Source: Amoebophrya sp. A120
Taxonomy: Eukaryota > Protista > Dinoflagellata
Direction of reading: 5' to 3'
DNA length: 64,000 bases
Assembly (NCBI GenBank): GCA_905178155.1
Contig: CAJINV010000014.1
Span: 1,040,393-1,104,392, forward strand
The stretch's first letter is position 1, and each line of letters begins with the position of its first letter. The notes under the pieces were generated by a model. That model was not told where the DNA came from. It saw only the letters and a program-made list of their open reading frames with translations, and made no database searches. Below are positions 1-12,100 of this stretch, in pieces. Position numbers and translations under genes: made by a program.

Positions 1-1765
1 CCCCGAGGCTATATTCGCAAAGAATACCGGCGACCGGCGGTCTTACTTTTCGTCGACAACTGCAGGGAGCTGGAGACGTTTCTGCAGCGAAAGATCGAGA
101 ACGAGTGGCGCCAGTGGGTGGACGAGGAGGTTTTGATGAAGCAAAACACTAAAAACAAAGTGAAAAGTCTCGTCGTCCACCTGGAGCTGGGCTGTGGTGT
201 CAGAGTGCCTTCGTGTAGGAGCGAGGGCGAAAGACTCGTGTGGGAGGTGAATGAGCTTGCTGCGAAAACGAAGAGGAAGTCGAACTCGGAAGTCGAAGTC
301 GAAAGGACGATCATTGAGGAGGAAGAAACTCCTCGTCCTACAACTACAAAAGCCAACTTAATCCGAATCAACCCTGCAGAGCCAACTTTTGTTTTCCTGC
401 GCAAGATTGACAATCCGCTGTTCTGGCATTTCAACGAGGATGATCTCTGCTATCGCACCATTGCGGGCCAGGAAGAGCTATGCCGAGGTAGTGTTTTCCA
501 AACTTGTTAATGCACATGACAAATCTGGAGATGAAGTTGCAGTGGTCGCATTTCACGCGCGTGCTCCCGGAACCACTGGAAAAAGCGGAAATGGTGATTT
601 TGCAGGCGGGGGGGCCGGAACAAACTTTCGGGCGAAGGGATCAAGCAGCTCGTGAACACTTTGTATGCAATGCAAAAGTATCGTGCTAGTAGTAATTGCA
701 TTGCAAATTGCCTCAGCATGACAAATGGAATTTGTCATGCTGTTTTACCTTGAGATGGAGATTTGTAATGCATAATGATAATTGCAATTGCTACGAGTCA
801 TTGCGTTGCTTTTGCAATGCATACTTTGTTGTGACCGACGATTGTGAAGTTCAAATGTTTTCTCGACGTGAATGTCGACCAGGAAAACGTCCGCCAGTTG
901 ACCACCGAGGAGCTGCTGGGCGTTCTCTCCGTCCGCTTGGCCTGGCTGGCCACCAACACCGAGGATAACATTAGCAACGAACTGGCGGGGGCACACTGGC
1001 TTGTGGAGTGGAGTTTGCTGATCGATCTGATCAACTGGAATATCCAAGAAAAAGCAACCATAGCCATGCAATTTGTCATGCAAAACACGCATAAACTTGA
1101 GTACTTGTCATGCAAAGAATGACAAAGTACTCAAATTTATGCGTGCGGAAAAAATTATGGATGGGGATCATGGTTGATGTTTTTTTGTGGATAGGGAAAC
1201 TCTTTTTCCTCTACGACTTCTCGCGCGTGATCTTCCCGCTGCTCTTATGATCCAAAAAAAATGAGACCCATATCCAGCATCCAATTTGTCAACATGCAAA
1301 ACATGCAAGGTCAGACCCAGTGTAGTTTATCATGCAAAAAATGGATGGAGATGCCGATGCTGGGTCCTTTTTTGTGGATGCCTGTACGTGATTTCCGACA
1401 GTATCAGGATCAAGCATGGCGGAGCTCCTCCTGAGGGCATTAGCGGGCGAGATGGTGAGCAAAATGAAGACAAAGTTCTCCTATGGCGTTCTCAAATGTT
1501 ACATTCTCAATTATTACACGAATTTGTGATGCAAAACCAGCAATAGGGAAAGGGGCAAGGTTGCAAGTCTAGCATGACAAATTTGGTAAAATTTTTCAGA
1601 CAGCGGCAGGATGGCCAGTGCTCGCACTTCACGCGCGTGCTCCCGGACCCACTGGAAAAAGCGGAAATGGTGATTTTGCACAACGAGACGATTAATCCGG
1701 ACAGTACCGAAAAGCTGGAGGTCGTGCCAGTGCAAATCACCTTTCCCCCGGAAGAGGAGGACTGA
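1..1765 (+). CDS. 3' part of a multi-exon gene, unknown product; exon structure only partly resolved
   Basis: ORF pieces 118-510, 844-1040, 1199-1248, 1386-~1481 and ~1600-1765. Removing the elements at 1041 and 1249 gives ...INWKLFFLYDFSRVIFPLLLYVISDSIRIK... The joins near 480-660, 830 and 1482-1600 are unresolved. Confidence 0.45.
664..823. mobile_element. introner-type TIR element (singleton, 160 bp)
   Basis: Ends tatgcaatgcaaaag / cttttgcaatgcata; perfect 5-bp direct repeat ctttg. Confidence 0.85.
1041..1193. mobile_element. introner-type TIR element (153 bp)
   Basis: tatccaagaaaaa ... tttttttgtggata; repeat tggaa/gggaa; removing 158 nt restores an open frame. Confidence 0.8.
1249..1380. 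mobile_element. degenerate introner-type element (132 bp)
   Basis: gatccaaaaaaaatgagaccca ... tgggtccttttttgtggatg; repeat cttat/cctgt; removing 137 nt joins the frame of ORF 1286. Confidence 0.65.
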
Positions 1766-3025
1766 AGCTACTTCCTTACGGGGGAACAACGAGGAGAATA
1801 CTGGCGTTATTCACGACCTCTCGGGTCGTTTGGGACGAGTTGGAATTATTTCTTTGCCCTGTCCGTCTCTGTAGTGGTACGGATTACAGGTTGATGTTCA
1901 GTTTTTTTTATCTTTTTTACCCACTTTTATGGGGTGGTGATGGTGATGTTACAGTGTCTTTATGAATGTGATGCATCTTCTAGTGCAACTTGTTGACATG
2001 TGATTACGACTTGACATTTACTTTTCATTCAATAGCGATATCTAAATTCGACTCTTGTTCTGGTCTCTCTACAGCAGCCACTGTACACTAGGAAAATTTG
2101 CTGTTTTTTTTTTGAACATAGCGTTCACAATTGTAGTTTCGTGTTTTTGGAAAGAATTTTCATGATCTTAAACTTGTACAGAAGTAATAAATAGCATTGG
2201 GCTTTTTGGGTTAATGTCAGCCTCGGCGATGAAGTAAGCACTTTGATATATTTGCGTTGCATTTTTGATGTGTCGCAGAAATATGTTGCATTTTTGATGT
2301 CGCAGTTACTATTGCTTTCTCCCTAATCGTAAAGCGCGACGGATGAGCGCTCATGAATGCACTCGTCTGCTACTTCTTGCAACTGCTCAGCAACGAGAGC
2401 GCCCGCAGTAATTTTACCATCGTCGTCGTCCTTTATTCGCAGTCGTTCTCTCCCGTTGCTGTCAAAAAGCTGTCGTTCTGCTTCTGAAGTAGCAAATCGT
2501 CCTGTGTACTGAAGATCTCGTGCATCCTTGTCCTGGTCGTTGTATGCAAAAAAAAATTTTTTGACAAGATAACATAAACCCGGTAGTTGCGGGGCAACGT
2601 TGCAACATGTTGACTCTTTTGAAAAAAAGCGCCACAGGCTAAAAGTACGTATTACCAAAATTCAAATAAGGGCGGACACTCACAACTCTCATTGCCACCC
2701 CTCTACTTTGCCACTATCCTTATTTTCATCATAAATCGTTTTGCGGTCGTTTTCTTTTGCATTTGTTTTTCTTTTACGGTATGCTATCCCCCCCTAGAAA
2801 GACCCGGGAGGACCACTTTAAAGCAGTTTTCAAAACGAAAGATGGACTGCCTCCCGCACCTTCAAAAAAGTTGAAAAAGGAACAGACCTTCGACGGGCAC
2901 CAGATCCAGACGACCGGGATGACATTTTTGCCATCGGACCACGATTATTTCTTTCGGGCCGCGAAGAAGCCGCGAAGAGAATAAAAAGTAGTGACTTTGT
3001 CAAAGGATAAGAGCAGGGCCAATTT

Positions 3026-3090
3026 TTGAAGGGACGAGAGGGTCAAAGCAGGCAGAAGCGCAAGGCTTTATTGAAGGGACGAGAGGGTCA
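3026..3090. repeat. 20-bp direct repeat ttgaagggacgagagggtca x2
   Basis: Copies at 3026-3045 and 3071-3090, just upstream of ATG 3101. Confidence 0.8.
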
Positions 3091-3100
3091 CAGACTCACC

Positions 3101-6100
3101 ATGACAACCACGAGAATTTCCTTTTCCCGCAGTTCCAACCTCCTTCCCCCCGAGGTGGGGTTCTCGGAGTCGGAGAGCGAGGGTGACTTTTCGGAGAGTG
3201 AAGACTCGTTTTTCCTCTGCAGCTCCGCAAACAATCATAACGTCAGTGCAGCGAATGATTGCTTTCACACTGCTGCGCAGGAAGGATGCGATGGACAAGA
3301 ACGGCTTAGTACCTCGGATCAAGTCTTGCTGGAGGAACTGCAGCAGGGTAGTACTGGTACTCTGCGAAGAAAGGGTGCTAGCCTGTCTGAAGACCTGGAA
3401 CTCCTCGCAGAGGCAGCGTTGGCGCAGAAGAGGCGGAAGAAAGAGCAAAGGGACTTCATGGCTCGAAAGGATTCCTACGCGCACCTGCTCGATGATAACC
3501 ACCCGATGTGGCAGGTGGACATGGAGGACATCTTCAAAAACGCCGATGAGTTGCTCTGTCCCCCCATGGCACGACTGCTCCGGGAAGAGCAGCGCGCGGT
3601 CAAGCACTACCAGGGAAACAAGACGCAAGCCAGATTAGCTTCGATCGTGGAGGAGGAGACGAATTATGGGTCAAATAAGAAAAACACGAATAGTTGTAAA
3701 AGCGGGAACATCAAAACTACCACTTCTATTCAAGCCAAATCTAGTACCGCAGCAGCCCTTTCTGCGGGGGTTCGGAAAGCACCAATGTCTACAAAGAAAT
3801 GCAAAGCGAAAATCCCGCGGCTGTCTTCCATTTTACCAAGAACCGCTTTGTCCGAAGAGATGTGGGAGGCGGCTAAGAAGCAGCCCCTGTTTTACGAAGT
3901 TCTGGAGCGAGACTCTTCGGACAGCAGTTCCAGTTCGACTTCGGAGAACAGCAGCACAGAAGGCGGTAATAGCGATACAAGCAGTTGTGGTTCCGACTCC
4001 GATCGCGATCAAAGACCACGACTGGGTGCTCGCCCGCATAATTCTTCAACAGGCGGCTCATTGTCACTGTCCTCGTCGTCCTCCCATTTCGAAATCCGAA
4101 CGAAGAAAGAGTTCATGCTGTTTTACGAGGAGGACACGAGGTCGAACGCAGGTTCGGAAGCGGCATCGACGAAAGGAAAAAAGAAGATCGTGAAGAAAGT
4201 CGTGAAAAAGAAGGTCGCGGTGAAAGCTACAAGTGTTGTGGAAGGAGCTGCTAGTGCAGGAGAGGTTCCTGGCGTTTCCGCAATTGGTACCGGCGCCGCA
4301 GTGGACCTTCAAGCTACGACCGTTGTTAAGGAAGGTAACACTGCCCCGGAACAAACAGGGAAAATGACCACCGAAGGAGCGGTTGAAGTAGACCCAGCAG
4401 AAGCGGCAGCAGCCCCGAAGGCGAAGAAGAAAGTCGTGGTGAAGAAGGTGGTTAAGAAAAAACCCGCTGCTGTTCCTTCCAATGACGAGGAGGTGCAACA
4501 AGTAGACAAGCGTGCAACGGTCGCACTTTCTCTACAAGCGGAGGAGGACGGGAATAAGGTGTCCGATGCTGAAGAAGACACAAACAGAGAACTCACCCCG
4601 ATGGAAAAAACGCTGGACAACATCTGGACCGCGGCGGAGGCGCAGCAGCATGTGGAACAGAAGAAGCTCCAGCAGGAGGTCGCGCGGCAGTGCAAACGGC
4701 GCGGCTTGGGACCGCGGCAAGGGGCGGCCGTATGGTCGGACATTCAGGAAGATTTGTCGAAGGAATTGTATTCCGCCGGTGGGGGAGCAGATGGAGATGA
4801 AGGCGGTTCTTTGCTCGCGGTCGAGGACGACTTCGCGTCACCGTACCACCCGTTGATTGTGTTGAAACAGGAAAAGGCGAAGCGGAAAAAGAAGATCTGG
4901 GGCAATATGCGGTCGAAGATCAAGCTCTGCGCGAACTCGTTGAAGGCCGTGGACAAGATGCTGGATCCCTGTCAGCAGCACATCGACCCGCGGATGAGCG
5001 ACCGCGATTTACGGCGCCGGTTGCTTTCCATGGAAAACTGCGCGGACCTTTTTGCGAATTACAAAAACTTCTGGGTGTTCTTCACGAAGATCTACAAGGC
5101 GCTGGGCTGCAACGCGCTGTACACCTGGCGGGTGGTGTTTGGCGAGAATTTGGTGCTGGATTTCGACACCTTTTCGGAGGGGATGGAGCGGTTCTTCTTG
5201 GACCCGTATGCGTTGAAAGAGCAAGAGAAGTCGCAAAACCGGCGGAAGCAGATGCAGGCCGACGCGGCCAAGGGGGGCGCGAGCTGCGTGGCCGCGTCGC
5301 TGTTGCAGGGGAAATCCGGGAACTTATGCATTGCAAAAGTGTCTGGGTCTGGAAGGATGCAACTTGTGATGCTGTCTTTGGATGTCTGAAAAATTTGTGT
5401 TGCATGAGCAGCACAAGGATTCTGATTTTTGCTACGCGGAGAGGGCATTTGTCATGCGGAATAGGCATCAAGAATCCCTCAAAAAACCTGTGATGCGAGG
5501 GCATGCATTGCAGACATCATGGCTCACGCAAACCGTGCGTGACAAGTCTCAGAATCTTCCAGAGGACCCAGACGTATTTGCATTTGATAGAACGGCGCGT
5601 TGGGCAAGAGCATCAACGCGATGTCGATGTCGCGGAACGTCGGCAACGCCTCGCGGTCGCCGAACGCCGGCAACAGTCCCCTATCAAATGTAAAAATGTC
5701 TGGGTGGTCTGGAAGATTGCAACTTGTGATGCTGTCTCTGCATTATACAAAAATCTGTATTGCATGACCAGCATGAGGGCTCGAGTTTGTGCTACATGGA
5801 GAGGGTATTTCTCATGCGGGATAGGCATGAGAAAGTGAAAGCCCGCTAAAAATCTGTGTTGCCAGGTTATGCATTACAGACGTCATGCGTCATGTAAAAT
5901 CTGCATGACATCCAGACCCAGACATTTTTACATTTGATATCCCCCGGGGGCGGCCTACTCCATGGCCATGAACAAGTCGCAGGCGGTATCGTATTTAAAA
6001 ACGTCCCCACCCCATAGTTGTGATGCAAATCTGCATGCTGAAAACAAAATGTTTCTCATGCGGAGCCCCATGAGAAGCATTTTCTAGTCGTGTTTTGGAA

Positions 6101-9100
6101 TTTGTCATGCTCCAATCAGCACGATATACTAGCTCTGTGATGCTGCTGAACTACCTCAAACAGCACTACACTACGAGTCCAAATTTGTCATGCAAAACAG
6201 ACAAAACTTGTGGACTTGTCTAGCCGATTCTCCATCTTGACTATGGTGTGGGGACGTTTTTCCTTTTGATAGGCGGGGGGTTCGGGGGTGTCCAAGTCCC
6301 AGGCGGGGAATAAGTCCTTTGGCGGGGGGCTCGGGAAAATCGCGGGCGCGGGCATGAAGAAGTTCGACAAGACCGCGTGCATGCGCAACTTCTGGTCGCA
6401 GGTGCATCTGAGCCAAACGGGGATCGTCGCGATTAACGATGTTTTTCCCCTGGAAGGCGGGCTGTTGCTCCAGTTTATGCGGGACCTGAAAATCTACGCG
6501 CACCGACAGCAGTGGCAAACGCGGCCGGATTCCGCGGTGAACCCCTGGGCGAAGAAGCAGAAAGTTTTCTCCTGGGCGCTGCACGACCTGTTCGGACCGA
6601 GGTTTGTCCCGGACAAGAGGGGCACGATTTTGGGAAACGCGAAGTTGAAGGAGGAACTGGAAAAAGAGTTGAAACTGAACCGGGAGAAGGAGAAAAAACT
6701 GTTGCTGCATCCGGTCGCGGAAAAATCTGTTTCGGAGATCACGAATCTGTTGAAAAAGAAGGAAAACCAAAACGAGAACAGCTCAACATCCGCATTGCTC
6801 TCCGCCGCGAAGGAGGTGGTGCAGGCCAAGGAGGTGAAGCAAGCGGCGCTGCAGTCTGCGAAATCTTTATACGACGAGCAGAAGAAACCAACGCCCGCCC
6901 AGGTGGAGGCCATGGTGAAGCAAGAAGCGAAATTCAACACCGTTTTGGCCGCCGCGGCGAAGAAGGCGGTGGAATATGATAAGCAGAAAAAACAAGACTT
7001 GGAACTGCAGGCAAAACTGAAGAAGAAAGTCGGAAATTTCTTATCCGCGCGGGCGCCCCTGCATTCGGCGTTGGACAATCACAAAGACGAGGACAACAAA
7101 CCGAGCAAAGGGGGTGGTGCGGTGAAGAACTTCAAATGGAAAACGATTGGAGAGCGCTTGTCCAACGCGACCGAGGTCCCCCCCGCGAAACTTCTTGTGA
7201 AAAAGGCGAAGCAGGAGAACTGCCAACTAGTCCGGAAGATGTTGAAGGACGAGAACGGAGTGCCAACTTTGGGCGACCACGGGGAGTTCATCTACGTGTA
7301 CATGAAGGGGAATAAGAGGGTCGACGAAGCTCCTACTGGTGGTCCGAATGATGATATTCTTGGACGGCAGAAGTCATCCGATTCCGCAGCTACAGGGACA
7401 CCTAAAGGAGCTCTCGCGATGAAAAAGAAACCAAAAGCAAGTGCCAAGAAAAAATTGAATCCGTTAAATGTGAAAGCCGAGGGGGAAATGGGTGTTGTCA
7501 TCGACGACGGGAACAACGCTTTTGTGGGCGAGGAAGAGCTCTTGGAGGAGGGGGAGGACGAGCAGGAGGCAGCGCTCGGGTTCGCGGGGATCGAGCAGGA
7601 AGACAACACCACCAAAGTGAAAATTGTGTTAGAAGAGGGAGATGAGAAATCTTCCGAACCAGGAGCTTTTTTCCCAGATTCATCAAAAGCACCGGGTCGG
7701 GAAGATCAGCAATTACAGAAGACCGGTAGCCAGAAGCTTTCCATCGTTCCGATCGAGGTGCCGGATAAGAAACCTTCCGTTTTAGAAAAGTTAGCCACCA
7801 TCGACTTCGACACGGATTTCGTTACCCAAGAGACCGACGAAAACCACGTGGAGCAGGGCAAGCTGTCCACGCCCCGGGCGCATGTGGAGCACGGGCTGAA
7901 ACTTTTAGCCGCGGTGGTTCACGTGCAGAAGTGCTTCCGGAAATGGATGAGCAAGACGCTGCACGCGGCGTTATTGAAAGAGGAAGAAACCAGGAAAAAC
8001 CGCGAGGCGTATGTGAAAAACGTTTTAGACGGCTTGGACTTCCCCGACGCGGACAACAAAACCACGTCGGGGGAGAAGAGACACTTTCAAGACATGTTCG
8101 TCGACGAGGACGGCGCGGAGGTGCAGATGCGAGACTCCGAAATCCGGAACTACATCGCGCCGGAAGAGTACAAGAAGGCGCGGGACAACGCGAATCTGAA
8201 GCAAACCGACTTCTACAAACTGGAGGAGGGCCGGGTCGTGAATTACATCCAGCAGATCGAGAGAATGCACCCGGGCAAGATGCTCCCGGACGGGGAGGTC
8301 GCGCAGAAGCAACGGAGGAAAGAGGAGCTGAAAAAGCAGAAGGAGAAGGAAGAGCAGGAGCGGTTGGAAAGGAGGAAGCAGCGGCACAAGGATATCAAAT
8401 CCAAAAATGTCTGGGTCTGGAAAAGTGGAACTTGTGATGCGTGTTGCAGATCATACAAGAATCTGTGTTGCATGACTTGCAAAAGGTGCCCTCTTCTGGC
8501 CATCCTGAGAGGGCATTTCTCATGCAGAATAGGCATCACCAAGAGGCTGCAGAACCTGTGATGCTAGGCCCTGCATTCCAGACTTGGGGTAGCTTGGAAA
8601 AACTGCATGACAAATTTCCGAATCTTCCAGACCCAGACATTTTTGCATTTGATAAAGGAAAAACGAGAACTAAAAGAACGGCAAGCGCGGGAACGGGTGG
8701 CCCGCGGGGGGGTTCTGGAATCCGCGAGCCTCGCGGACTTGATGGGCTTGGCGGACCGGCGGAGGGACCTGAACAGACGCGCGTGGAACGCGGATCTCTT
8801 GTCTCTAGGCGGGAAAATGCCGAGTCTAGAGGGGGAGGATTCGGACGAGGACCACCATACAGGGTCGCACTTTGTCGACGGGCATCTCCCCAGTTCGGAC
8901 GAGGAACAGAAGAAGAAAGTGCGGGAAAAATACGAGAAAATGATCCAGGGTTCATCAACATCTCCCGGTACCAGCGGTGGACCCGCAGCAGCAGGAGGAG
9001 CCACAGCAGCAGCCGGAACAACTACTAGTGCAGCCGCTTTGGACAAGAAGGAGAAGAAGCTGACGAAGAAGCGGATCCTGCAGCAGCAGCAGGACGCGAA

Positions 9101-12100
9101 ACTGAAAGAGATGAACTTCTTGCTCGAAATGGACGAGGATCCGGAGGAGCGGGCCGCCCGGCTGAAGCGGGAGGAGGAGGAGAAGAAGCGGTATCAATTG
9201 CAAATATATCTGGGTCTGGAAGAGTCGAAAAGTTTGTCATGCAGGTTTTGCGTGACCCAGAAGGTATGGCATGCAAGCTGTAGTATGACACGTCTTCAGA
9301 AGGTGTCTCGATGCCTAATCCGCATGACAAAGTCCCCTTTTTTGGTGCCAAGTCTTCGTTGGGCCGCCTCTGCTGGTCATGCATGACAGATCTTGTTGCT
9401 GTGTGGAATGTGCATCACAACTTGCATCCTTCCAGAGGACCCAGACATATTTGCAATGCATAGGCGGAAGCAGGAAGCGATCGAACTGAAGGAGAAGCTC
9501 GGCATCCCGTTCACGAAAGAGGAGGACGGGCTGGTCTTTTACCAGAAGTGGAAGCTCGAGCGGGACCACTTCAAGGACGACTGGCTGATCAACGAGGAGG
9601 AGTTTGTCGATAAAGTGATGAAAACCTTCGCGGGGGAATTGTACGAGCTGGAATTTAAGGAGCAGCAGGACCAGATGCAAAAGGAACGGGAGGAGAAGAA
9701 ACAGTTGGAACAGAAACTGTTGGAAGAGAAGTTGCGGAACAAGAAGGTGGGTGACAGTTTAGAGTTAAAATCTATGCTCGGAAAAGTGACGAAGAGGGAC
9801 AAGAATCTAACCGGGCGGGAATCGATTTCCTCTCCGGACGATGTGGTGGATTCGCAGGGCAATCTTGCGAGGTTCAGCATCACAAGCTCGGGGGATTTGA
9901 TCAGCGACGCGGCCAGGTTCAGCATGGTGGAGCCAGCCTCTAATATCGGAGAAACGAATACTAGCGGGATGGCAGGTGGTGCAATAAACGGCAACAACAC
10001 GACCGGCCGCGAGAGCCAAGTTCTGTTCTACCCGTCCTCGTCGGGGCCGACAGGTGGTTCTGTCTCGAGCGCTTCCTCCAGCGACGAGTCACACATCGAC
10101 TTCACCGCGAATCACTTTGTGCAGGTGGATCAGAGTAAACCGCACAATATTCAAGAACAGTTGGAAAGTGAACCTGCGGAACAAGCGGATGATCCTCTCG
10201 CAGAAAAATTTTCGAATTTTTCCCAGAGCGCGGCGGCCTTGCTCGAATCGGACTTGGAAGAGGTTGAGAAAAGGTTCGAGACCAACTACGGGGAGCTTTT
10301 TCGACGACGTGATTCAGCTGCTGGCGGAGATAAAGTTGTGCAGGAACAACGGCACCAGGAGAGCATCTTCAACTTTGAAAATATGGAAAAACAGGTCGGT
10401 CTTCAAGAAGAACCAGCTCTCGACGTCGACAAAGTCCTTTTCCACGCCGGTTTGGAAGACGAAGAGTTTCTAAATCAGCAAACCGCTTTCGACGAGAACA
10501 ACGGACTATCAAAACCGCACATCAATGCGTCTGACGCTGATTGGATGGAGAGTTCTATCGCCAATCAGGTTTTGCTCTTCCCAACGTTGGTGTACCCTAT
10601 TACGAATCCAGCAAAACCGCAGTCTGATAATTTTGTCCTTCGCGACGAGGAAAACCGGACTTACGAAACGTCCAATTCCCCCTTTCTTTTCATGGGCGGG
10701 GAGAAGTCCATGGGGTTGGGGAAAATGAAGGAGGAGGACCCGAACCAAGCCCCCGTCCCGTCGGGCGGGTCCGCTTTGGACCGGAAGCGCGCGTCGCAGA
10801 TGCACATCAACCGGGTGGGGCAGCAGAACCTGAACTTCAACGAGGACAGTTCCGCCGTGCAACGGTCCATGAGTTGGAAGCAGCAGTACGATAACATCAA
10901 CGCCAATGCGAACAATTTGAACCCGAGCAAGATCAGCGAACTGCCCGAGTGGCTGCGGGATCCGTTGACCCCCCAGGAGATGATCCAAGTGGATAAGTGG
11001 ATGAAGAAACGGCACTTTCCGTACAACAAGGAGACCGTGCAAAGGTTGTGGAAGCTGTTCTACACCATGGAGTTCCAACGGTTGTTCGAAATGCCCCAGT
11101 ACAACGGGCGGATGCAGATCGTGCGACACTTGGGCGATTTGTACGACAAGTGGTCCGAAACCTTGTCCCCCCCGGGGACCGGCACCGGGTTGTCCGCGTT
11201 GAAAAAGCGGATCGCGTCGATGCGGACCAAAATCGCCTTGTCCTTCGTGGTCGCGGCGCGCGGGATGACGCGCGCGCGGGCGGAGGACTCGGGGTTCCGC
11301 TCCAACGCCATGAGTTTCAAGGTCGCGGGCGGCGGGCCGTCGACCAGTCTCGACGGGGGTGGGCGGAAGAACGTGAAGTACAGAGATGTCAGTAGACACC
11401 GGAATTTGAAGGAATTGAAGCAGCAGAGCAACACGACGAGGTTCGAAAACAAAATCCCGTTCCAAAACACCTTCAACCGGACGAAGGTCGCGCGGGTGCG
11501 GACGGAGAAGGCGGCGCTCACCGGCCAGGGGGACGATCAACTGAACGATATCTCGGAGACACTCGCGCGATTATCCGGCGTGCACACAAAGCAACCTAGT
11601 GCAGGGAATGATCTTCACGGGCAACATGCCCAAAACGCCGACCTGACCGAGGCGGAGAAGCACGCGAAGATGGAGTCGGAAGCGCGGACGTTTACCCAGT
11701 CCAGGTTCCGGGCGGAGGCTTTGTCCAAGCGGCAGATCAAGATCTGGTCGAACACGTTAAGGCAGCCGATCGTGAAGCTCGAGAAGGAAACGCCCTTGTT
11801 AAACGACTTGCGCGACCACCTGGAGCAGATGTACGGAGGCTCGGTTCGCTCGTGGTTCGAGGGGGTTTTGGGGTTGAACTATCTGGACATTTTCAAATTT
11901 TACCAGGATGACGAGAAGCAGCATTTACACTACGCGTTGCTCGGCGGGCGGAAATCTAGATCATTGCTAACCCGGCAGGCCGACCGCGCGCGCGCGCACG
12001 CGATCTCCTTCACGAAGAACCAAACGGGGAACCACATATGGATTGCAAAAATGTCTGGGTCTGGAAGATTCTGAACTTGTAATGCTGTCTCTGGATAAAA

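Noticed and set aside
2781-3132. Upstream exon 2781-2984 spliced to the canonical-looking acceptor ttttcccgcag at 3132
   Set aside because: No in-phase GT donor or TAT...ATA element found before the stop at 2982; left unresolved.
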